In this document: positions 41,960 through 55,837 of the stretch, one piece after another
Position numbering within the stretch: position 1 is the first letter of the stretch
How the letters are laid out: every line of letters begins with the position of its first letter
The notes under the pieces: model-generated
Database searches by the model: none
The model's input: the letters and a program-made list of their open reading frames with translations, nothing else
Told to the model about the DNA's origin: nothing
Translations under genes and position numbers: made by a program
Assembly: GCA_964016885.1 (NCBI GenBank)
Contig: OZ024742.1
Coordinates: forward strand, 157,232,001-157,296,000
DNA length: 64,000 nucleotides
From: Eledone cirrhosa
Lineage: Eukaryota
Reading direction: 5' to 3'

Positions 41960-42470
41960 CCGTTAATGCACATGGGTTGATTCAATCGACGTTCCCCTCC
42001 CCACAAAACTGTTGGCCTTACGCCTAAATCAGAAACCCTTATTATGAACATGAATATGTGGTATCACCAGAGTGATATACAATAAGCTTTGCGCCATGTA
42101 GGTACGACAATGCACGTTCTAAGACCAAATCCATCCCACGTTAGCACTGCTTTTCATCCTTACGGTGTCGAAAGATATAGTACCAGTTATTAACCGGTGT
42201 CGATGTAATCAACTTTCCCATCATCCATAATTTTTAGCCTAGTGTCTAAATAATAAACCCTTATTATTAGGGTGTGGATTGGCGTTATGGTGAAGCACTG
42301 GACAATAGGCTTTGCCCTTTACCTTCAAATTTCAAATCCCCCCAAGTTTAGCTTTGCATTTCATCTATTACGAGGTAGATAATGCAAATACATGTAACGT
42401 ATTGGGTCGATTTAATCGAGTTTCCCATTCTCAAATTGCAGGCCTTTTACCTGATATGGAAACAATTATT
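41960..42470 (+). mobile_element. Cluster of old SINE copies (34495-related)
   Basis: Degenerate cores cttttcatccttacggtgtcgaaa and ctttgcatttcatctattacgaggtagataa, with ggcct...aaaccttattat tails. Confidence 0.6.
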
Positions 42471-42747
42471 GTATTTATTTAACCATTCTCGTGAGTACCC
42501 GCACTTTAAATTTGTCGTTAGAAATATAGCTTGTCATTGATTTCTTTTTTCTAAAGAATCTTTATTAACAAATTTTTTTAATGAATTTTCTCGATATATT
42601 TTGTAACATGCCTTATTATTGTCTTCTTTTAAATGTACGAAATATAAAGGAAATAAAAATTTAACCTTCGGGCATAAACATCTCATAGAATTCAATTGCA
42701 TAAAAAAATAATAACGAAATATATCGTTTACATATTCATTCTCAGAG

Positions 42748-42811
<64 letters not shown>

Positions 42812-42883
42812 GTGTTATAAACTCAAATAGTCGTTTACAATTAATTAGCTCAAAGAAAGGAATATTTCCGAGCTGAGTAATAC

Positions 42884-43066
42884 AAATGAATATATGATAG
42901 GGATAAACACTGATACGAGTATACATGTGTTCGTCCTGCAAATAACCAAGTTAACTAGATTGAAAAGTACTAATTAAAATTATACGGTTTGCCTGCTAAC
43001 TTGGTAATTTTCAATACGAACACTTGTATACGCATATCAGTGTTTATCCCTATCATATATTCATTT
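42884..43066. repeat. Inverted repeat (arms of about 65 bp)
   Basis: aaatgaatatatgatagggataaacactgata pairs with tatcagtgtttatccctatcatatattcattt. Confidence 0.85.
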
Positions 43067-43158
43067 CTATATATATATATATATAAAGGACGTAAAATAA
43101 GAAAATATTTTTAAAAAAAAAAATTTTTTTTTTAAATTTTTTACTTACTTAAATTTTC

Positions 43159-43240
43159 ACTCCAACTAATTAGTTTCTGCAATGGGATAAAGACAGTTAC
43201 GTAATCCAACTGTCGAGAATTCATTGTGTCATCAGGGAGT
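43159..43240 (-). ncRNA. Type I hammerhead (557-nt family)
   Basis: Reverse complement of 44854-44935 with one stem II substitution. Confidence 0.8.
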
Positions 43241-43717
43241 CTATTCTCAGTTAAGTCTCCAGGCAATGCGCGGACACTGGCGGCTCATATAAAAATAATA
43301 ATAATTCGGTAGATCGAACAGCTTGCGAGGACTGGATTCTATGTACCGAAATTCTCACTGCTTCAAGTCAAATGGCCGATTCTAAAGAATCAATCACGTG
43401 ACACAGAGGCTAGTTAGAAGGAATGGGATGGTAAGATGACTGACGCCTACTAACACCCCAAAAAAAAATTTTTTTAGAAGTGGTTTTGGCAAGTTTGCTC
43501 GACAAATCAGTGATTTGGAGATAAATATAGATAATTTAATATATCAACTAACATAAGCGCACAGATGCACGCCCATGCTAGCAAATACACAGGTTATGTC
43601 ATAGTACCTAGGTCGTTCAATGCAGGAGAATGCAGAACAATAATATAAAGGACGTAAAATAAGAAAATATTTAAAAAAAAAAATTTTTTTTTAATTTTTT
43701 TACTTTCTTAAATTTTC

Positions 43718-43799
43718 ACTCCAACTAATTAGTTTCTGCAATGGGATAAAGACAGTTACGTAATCCAACTGTCGAGAATTCATTGCGTCATCAGGGAGT
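43718..43799 (-). ncRNA. Type I hammerhead (557-nt family)
   Basis: Reverse complement of 44854-44935. Confidence 0.85.
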
Positions 43800-44274
43800 C
43801 TATTCTCAGTTAAGTCTCCAGGCAATGCGCGGACACTGGCGGCTCATATAAAAATAATAATAATTCGGTAGATCGAACAGCTTGCGAGGACTGGATTCTA
43901 TATACCGAAATTCTCACTGCTTCAAGTCAAATGGCCGATTCTAAGAATCACTCACGTGACACAGAGGCTAGTTAGAAGGAATGGGATGGTAAGATGACTG
44001 ACGCCTACTAACACCCCAAAAAAATTTTTTTTAGAAGTGGTTTTGGCAAGTTTGCTCGACAAATCAGTGATTTGGAGATAAATATAGATAATTTAATATA
44101 TCAACTAACATAAGCGCACAGATGCACGCCCATGCTAGCAAATACACAGGTTATGTCATAGTACCTAGGTCGTTCAATGCAGGAGAATGCAGAACAATAA
44201 TATAAAGGACGTAAAATAAGAAAATATTTTTTAAAAAAAAATTTTTTTTTAATTTTTTACTTACTTAAATTTTC

Positions 44275-44356
44275 ACTCCAGCTAATTAGTTTCTGCAATG
44301 GGATAAAGACAGTTACGTAATCCAACTGTCGAGAATTCATTGCGTCATCAGGGAGT
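44275..44356 (-). ncRNA. Type I hammerhead (557-nt family), GUU>GCU cleavage-site mutant
   Basis: The plus strand reads actccagctaattagtttc instead of actccaactaattagtttc. Confidence 0.7.
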
Positions 44357-44853
44357 CTATTCTCAGTTAATTCTCCAGGCAATGCGCGGACACTGGCGGC
44401 TCATATAAAAATAATAATAATTCGGTAGATCGAACAGCTTGCGAGGACTGGATTCTATGTACCGAAATTCTCACTGCTTCAAGTCAAATGGCCGATTCTA
44501 AAGAATCAATCACGTGACATGGGCGTGCATCTGTGCGCTTATGTTAGTTGATATATTAAATTATCTATATTTATCTCCAAATCACCGATTTGTCGAGCAA
44601 ACTTGCCAAAACCACTTCTAAAAAAATTTTTTTTGGGGTGTTAGTAGGCGTCAGTCATCTTACCATCCCATTCCTTCTAACTAGCCTCTGTGTCACGTGA
44701 TTGATTCTTTAGAATCGGCCATTTGACTTGAAGCAGTGAGAATTTCGGTACATAGAATCCAGTCCTCGCAAGCTGTTCGATCTACCGAATTATTATTATT
44801 TTTATATGAGCCGCCAGTGTCCGCGCATTGCCTGGAGACTTAACTGAGAATAG

Positions 44854-44935
44854 ACTCCCTGATGACGCAATGAATTCTCGACAGTTGGATTACGTAACTG
44901 TCTTTATCCCATTGCAGAAACTAATTAGTTGGAGT
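44854..44935 (+). ncRNA. Type I hammerhead with extended stem II (557-nt family)
   Basis: actcc-CTGATGA-c gcaatg aattctc gacagtt ggattacgt aactgtc tttatcc cattgc a-GAAA-ctaattagt-T-ggagt. Palindromic AACTAATTAGTT. Confidence 0.88.
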
Positions 44936-45410
44936 GAAAATTTAAGTAAGTAAAAAATTTAAAAATTTTTTTTTTTTTTTAATATTTTCTTATTTTACGT
45001 CCTTTATATTATTGTTCTGCATTCTCCTGCATTGAACGACCTAGGTACTATGACATAACCTGTGTATTTGCTAGCATGGGCGTGCATCTGTGCGCTTATG
45101 TTAGTTGATATATTAAATTATCTATATTTATCTCCAAATCACTGATTTGTCGAGCAAACTTGCCAAAACCACTTCTAAAAAAATTTTTTTTGGGGTGTTA
45201 GTAGGCGTCAGTCATCTTACCATCCCATTCCTTCTAACTAGCCTCTGTGTCACGTGATTGATTCTTTAGAATCGGCCATTTGACTTGAAGCAGTGAGAAT
45301 TTCGGTACATAGAATCCAGTCCTCGCAAGCTGTTCGATCTACCGAATTATTATTATTTTTATATGAGCCGCCAGTGTCCGCGCATTGCCTGGAGACTTAA
45401 CTGAGAATAG

Positions 45411-45492
45411 ACTCCCTGATGACGCAATGAATTCTCGACAGTTGGATTACGTAACTGTCTTTATCCCATTGCAGAAACTAATTAGTTGGAGT
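45411..45492 (+). ncRNA. Type I hammerhead (557-nt family)
   Basis: Same as 44854-44935. Confidence 0.88.
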
Positions 45493-45967
45493 GAAAATTT
45501 AAGTAAGTAAAAAATTTAAAAATTTTTTTTTTTTTTTAATATTTTCTTATTTTACGTCCTTTATATTATTGTTCTGCATTCTCCTGCATTGAACGACCTA
45601 GGTACTATGACATAACCTGTGTATTTGCTAGCATGGGCGTGCATCTGTGCGCTTATGTTAGTTGATATATTAAATTATCTATATTTATCTCCAAATCACT
45701 GATTTGTCGAGCAAACTTGCCAAAACCACTTCTAAAAAAATTTTTTTTGGGGTGTTAGTAGGCGTCAGTCATCTTACCATCCCATTCCTTCTAACTAGCC
45801 TCTGTGTCACGTGATTGATTCTTTAGAATCGGCCATTTGACTTGAAGCAGTGAGAATTTCGGTACATAGAATCCAGTCCTCGCAAGCTGTTCGATCTACC
45901 GAATTATTATTATTTTTATATGAGCCGCCAGTGTCCGCGCATTGCCTGGAGACTTAACTGAGAATAG

Positions 45968-46049
45968 ACTCCCTGATGACGCAATGAATTCTCGACAGTT
46001 GGATTACGTAAATGTCTTCATCCCATTGCAGAAACTAATTAGTTGGAGT
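45968..46049 (+). ncRNA. Type I hammerhead (557-nt family)
   Basis: Same motif, with two substitutions in the distal stem II. Confidence 0.85.
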
Positions 46050-46234
46050 GAAAATTTAAGTAAGTAAAAAATTAAAAAAAAATTTTTTTTTTAAAATATT
46101 TTCTTATTTTACGTCCTTTATATTATTGTTCTGCATTCTCCTGCATTGAACGACCTAGGTACTATGACATAACCTGTGTATTTGCTAGCATGGGCGTGCA
46201 TCTGTGCGCTTATGTTAGTTGATATATTAAATTA

Positions 46235-46360
<126 letters not shown>

Positions 46361-46787
46361 CACACACACAGATACTACGTAGACACGAAACATGATATTT
46401 GAAGGCAATTACAATATATGTAAAACATGCACTCATGAACGACGAACACGGAAAATATTATACTAAATTTTCAACATTCAAATATATTCAGATCTCTGTT
46501 GAGAAACACCTCGCTAATATTTCTTACACGCAATTGATATGAAAATCAAAACAATTGTGAAATCATATTTTTGAAGAAAATAATCCATTACTGGATTCCT
46601 GCCCTCTCATAAACGATATTTTATCCATTGATAGATTCTACTTTAAAGGTGGTATTCAGTATGAATTTTATAGATTTTGGAATGAAAATATAATCAAATA
46701 TATGCAACAATGCCAATAATATAATTTCAACACTCTCATCTTTACATCTATATATCTATATATATGGCTACACGAGTATTTAGATAC

Positions 46788-46913
<126 letters not shown>

Positions 46914-47184
46914 ATGCCGGGTTCAATCGGGGGGTAACCACATTAAGTAAGGTACTCAATACATAGCAGAGTTTAAATATTTAATATAGAAATGTCTTCT
47001 ATGGAACTAGAACTGTTATTCGGAGGGAATCATCAGGGAAAGCCGACTGTCAAAGTAATATACTGGTATTTATACATTTTCTGGTGGTAGGTGAGGGTGG
47101 TGTATACATACCACCATATTTCATTGATAGTCGGCTTTCTTGATGATTTCCTCCGAATGAAACTCATCTAGGATTAACCGTCTG

Positions 47185-47490
47185 CGATTATAAGACACGA
47201 TATTACAAACACCAACATACATTTAGAAACCTAGCCCCGCGACACTCAACAGCACTTTCTGGCCCTATTTGTGACGTCCAAAAGAACAATATCACCTACG
47301 ATCCAAGCTGGAGCATACTTTTCTAGTCAAAATCTTACTCGGGAGGACGCCGTCCGTGTAATTTATGCTCGGAGGAAACGATCCAAATGCTGTTTGCAAA
47401 GGCCCAACAATTACACAAGAAGGATGAACTTGTTACCTCATTTAAACACAGAATGCGTAGGACATATCTTACCTTCAAACCCCCTCACGA
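47185..47490 (+). pseudogene. Penelope GIY-YIG C-terminal fragment
   Basis: [36 protein letters not shown] related copy lies at 55985-56320. Confidence 0.7.
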
Positions 47491-48122
47491 CCCGGGTGGG
47501 TATACCACGGCTGTATCTTTTTCCTATTTACAAACTAAGGTATAGGAAACCCCAAGCAAACATACTTAGGTAGAAGAATATATTTTTCCTTTTTTTTTTC
47601 ATTAGTTACACACTCTAATTACACTTAGGCTGATTATTGATTATCTCCACTATTATATTCAGTTTCCATTCTTCCTTAGTCCTTAGATTAACCAAAGTAT
47701 GTTCACTCCTGTTAAATATATATAGTAAACGGCCGCACACATACTTTGGGGTGGGTAATCATTATTGAAGATAAAATTGATAAATTACTACATTGAGGTG
47801 TTGTTCTAGTGTATTACAGTAGTTGAAAATGAATTTTAGTAATTAAGAATGTTGTATTAAATTAAATTTTCTTTGCCCTTTAGCCAATGCTAAACCTGGC
47901 ATACCCATATTCACTCTACAACATTCCTTATTTAACATAGGTCCTTGCCCGCTTTAGAGATGGCTGTAAAGAATTCTCTCTTAACGCATGACCGGTAAAG
48001 CATCCACAGGTCAGATTGTCATATTACTCTCTCCCCTAAGTTATACAGGCAAGTTCCGATCTAACTGTCGAAACGGTCGGAGCTAGGCCGGCGGGATACT
48101 GGCTCCATTCCTATATACATAT

Positions 48123-48186
<64 letters not shown>

Positions 48187-48902
48187 TGAAACAGAAATCA
48201 AAAAAGCAACGAGGAAGCGAAGAGCAGAACAAAATGTTAATATTAGTTTACGCTTGAGAGTTGAGGGAGGGGGGCAAATTTTCGGGCATAAGCCCCTCAT
48301 TGGGAGAAAAGTGGGCAGCAAAAGAGTTCCGAGGGAGTGAGGGGGAGTCGTGGAAATACATTAAAATGGGGGGAGGGGGAGAAGTAAGGGAGAAAAACAT
48401 TTTTTTTCAGAGGGTAAAAAAAGTTTAAATGAAACAAGTGGTGAAAAGGTGTGCGGAGTGTAGGGATGGTGGTGGATGGAGGGGAGATAGGAGAGGAGGA
48501 CGGGGTCATAGCAGGGAGGGCTGATAGTGGTGTGTGTGTATGTGTGTAGGTGTACGTATATGTAGGTGTGAGTGGATGTGAATTTGATATTTGGGGGTAG
48601 AACGAGGTTCCATGTTCGGGCAATAGGGAAACCGGTGTGTACATGGGGTGGGGGTGTTAGTCGGTGTGTGTGTGCTTGTGGAGGGAGGGGATTCAGAGGT
48701 CGTGGGGGAGAAGCGGCGTGTTTAGTCTGGAGGCAGAGTGTGTGTATGTGAGTAAACGCACGTGTGTGTCTGTTTTTGTGTGGTGGAGATGTATGGTTGC
48801 GTGGTGCGAAAATAGTGTAAGTGTTTGTGTGTGTGTGTGTGTGTGTTACTTGATATTTTCCACGGACGGTAGGAACGGATCTTTAAAATTCCTAGTGCAT
48901 CA

Positions 48903-48947
<45 letters not shown>

Positions 48948-48950
<3 letters not shown>

Positions 48951-49232
48951 CTGATCAGGCAGTCTGCTAATGTGAAAATCAGGCCGATCAGTGACTGTGT
49001 ATTTTTGAAAATAGCATATATTTTCACTAGCTCTGACAGTTTGGCAGGTGAACAGTGAGCTGTACTGATGAAGGGTGATACCCAGAAACATTAGTGTCTG
49101 CAGTTTTACTCGCATGCGAACACAAGAGCAAGAATGAAGTGTTCATTCTACTGATATGGCTATAAAATGGAGGCTTGTTTTCATAATTGTAAACGAATCG
49201 AATGTTATTATTAATATTCGAGAAACTCAGAT

Positions 49233-49236
<4 letters not shown>
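48948..49236 (+). repeat. Dispersed partial copy of the 438-bp HHR unit between (TA)n tracts
   Basis: Homologous to 38200-38500. Confidence 0.85.
49057..49106 (+). ncRNA. Type I hammerhead (438-nt family), canonical GUC site
   Basis: gagctgta-CTGATGA-a gggt gat accc a-GAAA-cattagtgt-C-tgcagttt. Confidence 0.85.
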
Positions 49237-49291
<55 letters not shown>

Positions 49292-49530
49292 ATACTAATA
49301 AATTTGAAGACTAAAATCCAAAGAGGACTCGATAAGGATAAATATATATCAGATATATAAGAACCGTAGAGCAAATATTTATTGAAATAACAGATTAAAG
49401 TTTAAACAATGAATCGCTGCTTTCACCCTTAACGGGATCTTCTGAAACTAAAAATGTCAATCTGTGAACGCAGAAGTAAATATTTCAAACAACGTTGCAA
49501 CCGAACGAAGACAGGAAGACGAAACTTTGT

Positions 49531-49806
49531 TTCATGGAAAGGTTCCCTGGCAAAGAACGGAAAAAAATGAAGATAATACGTAATTATTTGTTGCGGTGAA
49601 AACAATTACACACAAAGACAAAACCACGTTTGGGTATAAATGAAGTCGTAGACTAATATTCTATTAGGTGTTCATGGAGAGGTTCTCTGCCAATGAACGG
49701 AAAAAAACGAAGATAATACGTCATTATGTGGAGCAGTGAGATCAATTACACGCAAATACAAAACAACGTAAATGGCATAACTGAAGTCGTAGACTAAAAT
49801 TCTATT
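49531..49806. repeat. Diverged tandem duplication with a ~141-bp period
   Basis: ttcatgga..ggttc...tgaagtcgtagactaa..ttctatt occurs twice. Confidence 0.85.
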
Positions 49807-50371
49807 TAGGAAACCGAATGATTCTCGGCTTCAGAGTTAAGAATAAAGTAAATAAAATACAGAGGTAATTCAAAATCCATATATACATACACGCATCCAT
49901 TTACGCACATACATAACCATACGCGAAAACACTCGCCATGGGTATGCAAATAGAAGCACGTACACAAAACAACACGCACGCACATACAGAACCCATGCGA
50001 CGCCTGTACCCGTACACATACGAACGTATACAGTGGTGAATTTGCAATTTTCAACTGTTGAAAATTGCAAACTTGACTGTCACCACTGAATATGAACCTT
50101 AAGATTGCGAATGCATGAAAGTACTTGTTCACTTAAAATTGGATATTCTTAAAATTGAATATTCTACCATACGTTTTCATTATAATATCATTATAATGTT
50201 AAAGAATTGTAAATAAAACGAGTAAATCAGACAAAGTTGGAATTCCTTTTATTAATATAATCTTCTATACACCATCATACACACCCGTGTATATTTATAT
50301 ATATATATATATAAAATTGAAAAAGTGAAGAATAGCATGGTCAACAATACAAACAAGGAAATTTATTTAGC

Positions 50372-50466
50372 GTCTAACAATTGTTTCTATGATAGAGTTG
50401 TCTAAAAATTGCTAACATTGCCACTCAATTTAAAATACATGATATCTACAACATTTCGTCAGAGAC
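50372..50466 (-). ncRNA. Type I hammerhead with a long stem II insert
   Basis: gtct-CTGACGA-aatgttgtaga..[about 68 nt in total]..tctatcata-GAAA-caattgt-T-agac, then AATAAA, then (TA)n. Confidence 0.6.
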
Positions 50467-51883
50467 TGAGAGAAAATAAAGAAATACATGCGTAACGGTA
50501 AATTTATAGATTCAAATTACCACAGCAATAATAATATTAATAATAAAGATATAGAGAGAAAGAAAGGAAGGGAGACAGATGGAAAGGAGGGGGGGGGGAC
50601 GAAAGAGAAAAAGAAAATCCAAATATATGCTTAACCGGCAAAATTACGAATTCAAACTATTACATCAAAATAATATTAATAATAAAGATACCAATAGAAA
50701 GAAAAGAGGGGGATAAATGTAGTAAAGGTAGAGAAGAGAAGAAAAAGAAGGATGAAGAAGGAAAACGAGAAAGAGACAGAGAAAGATGAAGAAGGAAATG
50801 GAGAAAAGAAATACAGGTAGAGAAGGAAGAAGACTGGGAAGTTATTACATCTGAAAATACGCAAGCATAGACATCATGTGAAAGATAGAAGAGTTAAGAC
50901 GTGCGACCGGATGAGTAATTGTTGATAAATACAGGCAGAAATAGGATGGCGAGAATAAGGAATATGAACAGACAGACGAATATACGTTAATGCAAGAATG
51001 AAAGCAAGTAAAAATAGAGAGTTAGGCATATAAACAAATGAACAAATAAATAAATAAAAAGATAAATAAATAAATAGATGGATGAGTAAATAAATAAATT
51101 ACATTTATTGTTATATATAATGGTATAATATTTGAAACGTAGAGATGTGAATAAATAAATAAATAAATGCGTTGAAGAGACTAATAATAGTAATATTAAT
51201 GTTATTAATGTTATTGCGAATAGTTATTAATGAATTATTAAATATGGATAGATGTTAAGTTGAAAATATTATAATATCGGATGTATTTATGTGTGTATTG
51301 GATATTTTAATAAGTAAATTAACTAGTTTAAGATGTATTATATGATAAGATAAAATGATCGAGATGAAATAGGTTTAACTAGAGAAATGCAAAGACAAAT
51401 TGTGAAAGATAGAGGTGTATGAAATAAGAATGTAAAAACAAAAGGTTCGGATGGTGTCCTTTCGTAATTATAATGGTGACAATGCTGCTGATAATGTGCT
51501 ATGGTAGTAGATTCTAATGGTATAAAAGGGATAAGGAATAGAAAATGGAATTAAGTTGGTCTAAAGATCTAGAATTTCTACGTAAAGTACTTGTTGATTC
51601 ACACAACGCCGTACGTCAAAAGTTTGACAAGCGCACCTCAGCGTGAAAGGTCGTTCTAAAAACGAAACAATACCTCCTACGTTAACCAAGAACTCCTAAG
51701 ACCTAACTTAATTTATAAAATATTTTTTTTTAAGAAAAAAAAAAAAAATTTTTTTTCTAATCCGGAAAAAAATTATTTTTGGATTTTGTGAAGAAAATAA
51801 ATTTGTTGAAATCACAAGTGAAGCCATTTTTTCTTCCCCCAGTCTTAATATACTTAACTGTACCAAGGATTACACACATTTTT

Positions 51884-51924
<41 letters not shown>

Positions 51925-52009
51925 ACCGGAAATAGCCGTCGAGACAGCTTGAGCTCGGCGGTCGGGGTCTTTAACATTTTCCTATATATATTTATATATA
52001 TATATAGAG

Positions 52010-53960
52010 AGAGAATTCAAAAGAATCAAAGTTATGTTAAAAGCATTTATTCACTTACAATTGTTTCATCCAAACCTAGGCTTGGGATCTTCGGACCATT
52101 TTTCAATGTTTGTACACATAATTGACCTCCTTTCCAACGCAAGAGACATACATATACATATATATATATATTGATGTAGATTGGAGTGACATATATTATA
52201 TTATACTATGTTTGTACAGCAATTCAAATTCAAAATCAAAATTAAAATCAAAATTAAAATACATTCGGCAGATAACACAGATAATGCAAGAGGATAGTTT
52301 GATAGTTAGATCTAGTAGGTAGTGTATGCGTCAGTTACACATGGAGCATGCAAGTGTGTCTCATTTTTATACTATTATTGTGTGGCAGGGTGTTACACGT
52401 TATGCAAGCACTTTAAGCGGGTAAGCAAGATTATTATCGTGGCTGTAGTGGTAAGGTATTTTTTTGTATAGAACAAAAAAGTATGTGTGCAGAAATAAAA
52501 ATAAAAAGAAGAAGCAAAAGAAAGTTATTATTTTTGTATACACCACCATTTTCACATTCAGAAAAAGTAAGAAATAGTTTCAACATCCATCACATAAGTA
52601 ACGATGATTCTGTATTAAATGTTTGATGCATTAAAATAAATTATTTTAGCGTATTGAGGCTCAGTGTTATTTAATCCAAGTTTATAGAATAGGTTGATTC
52701 TGCTGCGAGAATTTACAGCGGTTTATTACCCGGAAATATGTGTGTAATTAAGTGGAGTTAATGCGTAAGGGGAGGTACCTAGCCGAATCTCATAATTAAT
52801 TTCATTGTTCTAACAAACATTATAAGGCGCCTATATTGACTCCCTTATATAGACGGTTATATCTAGTTTCCAATTTTAAATACAGTCTACTCTATCATGA
52901 TGTACTAAAGGTATCTATATTAAGTTGATTACTCCCTATTATATAGTCCTACAATTGAATATTCCATACAAAGTGCCATATCTTTATATCAACGTTCACT
53001 GTAAATGCAGTCTACTCTCAGAATATATCAGGGGACCTATTAGAATTTTGTCTACATAACCCCTGGCAAGTTATGGAGCAGCGTATGGCTGTTTGCATGG
53101 CAAAACAAAATAGATCTCTAGGGAAGGCAAATACATCCCTCATTTACAATGTCATTAATCTATCCATCAAGTTATACTTGCATATATAATTCATACATAA
53201 TTCATTGCAGCTCCCTACATATAAGTTAGTCAGATCTCTTATGTTATTAAATTAATCTTATATATATCCAATGTTATCACTCCATACATTTAATTACAAA
53301 TGCATAAATAATTAATTGCCGTATCTAGTATTTAAAGTTTATATAGACTGTGTATTATATAATTATAAGTAATTGAAAGTAGTTATATTAAAGGTAGGTG
53401 TTTATGGGGATATTTCTAGGGTATACAGTTATAGATAGATGGAATGATTTGTGTCGAAATAGGGTGGACCAAAGAGTGTGGAGTTGTGGTGTAAGGTGTG
53501 CCCTTGAGGTATGGTGTTACAAGTGGTGATGGGGTCAAGTCCGACATTGTTATATATTGGGTTTAAAGTTTTGGAAGTGTGCCGGAAGCGGTGCTGTCAC
53601 GATGCAAACACTTCCGGTTTTTTATTGAGGAGGTTATGGTTTGAGAAGATTATAGTATATGTCTCTAGTAGACAGAGGTTACAGAATGTATTAGGTGGTT
53701 TGTACGATGCCGCCTTACCTATCACTTCCCATTGAAGTGTATAAGATCTATTTTTAGTATTTAGATAGTGTATGTAGCTAGATAGTGAAGTGGAGTTGGC
53801 TAGACTGTGTTTTTTGAAAGAATGGAGGTGTGAATTGTATCTGGTTTTGAAGCACTTCGAAGTAGAGCCTTTATAGGTTTCAGAAGAGTGCATGAGTATA
53901 TGATGTCCTTGATTAAGCAGTTTTTATCTAACGGGCGGGTTCTATTAGATCTACAGTTAT
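52010..53960 (-). mobile_element. 5'-truncated Penelope-like element: GIY-YIG end, long 3' UTR, terminal HHR
   Basis: ORF 53597-53893 reads YKGSTSKCFKTRYNSHLHSF..STSLSSYI..CNLCLLE..LLNKKPE. The HHR at 52051-52100 is on the same strand. Confidence 0.75.
52051..52100 (-). ncRNA. Type I hammerhead, CCGAAGA variant (related to 26042)
   Basis: aatggt-CCGAAGA-tcccaagcc ta ggtttggat-GAAA-caattgt-A-agtgaataaa. Stem I is decayed. Confidence 0.6.
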
Positions 53961-54064
53961 ATATATGTAAAGTAGGATGTGTGGTAAGGAACCAGATGGA
54001 CCATAACGCACCAAAATTAGCCGTTGAAACGGTTTGAGCTCTGCCGGCGGGGTTAAAGATGTTC

Positions 54065-54111
<47 letters not shown>

Positions 54112-54120
54112 GATATATAT

Positions 54121-54305
54121 AATTGTTTTTATTTTAGGCACAATGCCAGCAATTTCTCAGTACATTACTGGTACTTTATTTTATCGACCCCGTAAGGATG
54201 AAAGGCAAAGTTAACCTTGTCGGAATTTGAACTCAGCTCATAAAGGGACGTAACTCTATGCTTCAAAGCATGGTGTCCGACTCTCTACCGATAATGCCAA
54301 TCCAA
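54121..54305 (-). mobile_element. tRNA-derived SINE (34495 family)
   Basis: ttatcgaccccgtaaggatgaaaggcaaagtt...gaatttgaactcag. Confidence 0.8.
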
Positions 54306-55204
54306 ATGATAGAAACAAAATAATAATTGGACAAGAGTAGTTGTTGCTTAATTGTTTTACGAAAGTTTATATTCATGCTCTACTTCATATATGAGTGCAC
54401 AATATTGTTTAATTATTTTGTTGCAGTTTTGTTTATTCCTAGTTACCGGGGATTAAATTCTGTTCATTTCCAATGTATTATGGTCGACAGTTCCAATAAC
54501 TGTAGAAGATCAACCATCTAGATTTCCACTCAAGTGATTATTTATAGGGTCAGATCTCTTAAGTTTATTGTTAGTAATGTCTTCACTTTCATGTTTACAT
54601 CATTGTGGGTCTGCGTGATATGAGAGACAAAATGAGGATTGACATAGTGTAGAGGATCGCAAAATATTTACTTCAATTGAGGCTCTGTTGATTAGTAGAT
54701 TCATTTTTCTGGCACTCTGCTATTTGAAAATTGAATGTTATTACATGTATCTATTCTGTTTTCGAGAAGACGGGTAATGAAATTGAAAATTTGTATTAAA
54801 TGTCGAGTGACATTTGTACAATGACATTATTTCAGATAGGTGGTATTTTACTTGACAGTAGAAAGCTGGGATTTAAATCCTAACTTCATTCCTCTCCATA
54901 ATGTCATTGCTATTTACATTTTCAATTTTTTAGTGATATCCGCAATATTTGTATTAATCGTTTTTCCATTTGTAGTAACACTGTATATTGTGTCTATATT
55001 CGAAACCGGCTCTCCCCCACCCTAAAGGAAAAAATAATATAAGATAATAAAACCAGAAAAACATATATACATGCAAACACAGGTATATAGACTAACACAC
55101 AATTGATCATGTGATAACTGCGTGTGCAATCATATCGGTACAGAAACACACACACGCACGCAGACACACACACATATACAACCCCACAAAACACACACAC
55201 ACAA

Positions 55205-55313
<109 letters not shown>

Positions 55314-55364
55314 CAGACACACACACACATACATACACACCCCTACCCCCACATCCCCCACACA

Positions 55365-55421
<57 letters not shown>

Positions 55422-55504
55422 ATTTGTGTATAGTGGTAGCTATGGTGCTTCAGTAGGCGGTATGCCAAAATTAGCACTCGATATTCATCAGAGAAGAGTG
55501 TAGG

Positions 55505-55837
55505 TATTATAAAGAAAACGAAAAATAAGTGATGCATCTGGACTTAGTTTATTTCTTGTTACAAATGTTTCGCCGGCATGTAGCTCGAGTCATGGTCCCT
55601 GTATCGATCTGACTGATTCTACTTCTGCGGGTTCTTTCAGACACGGGTCTTATGCCCGGAGCAAATTGTATCACTGTGATAAGATTTGCTCCGGATATAA
55701 CACCCGTGTCTGAAAAAACCCACAGATGTAGAATCAGCCAGATCCATACAAGGACAATGACTCGAGCGACATGCCGCCGAAACATTTGTAACACGAAATA
55801 AACTAAGTTCAGATGCATCACTGATTTTTCGTTTTCT

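Noticed and set aside
49405-49450. Minus-strand CAGAAGA-tccc..gggt-GAAA
   Set aside because: The core is mutated and stems I and III are not supportable. At most a dead remnant.
51590-51890. Possible DNA transposon or Helitron-like fragment
   Set aside because: No matching second terminus or diagnostic motif could be identified.
54400-54730. Candidate minus-strand exons in unique sequence
   Set aside because: In-frame stops and no recognisable protein.
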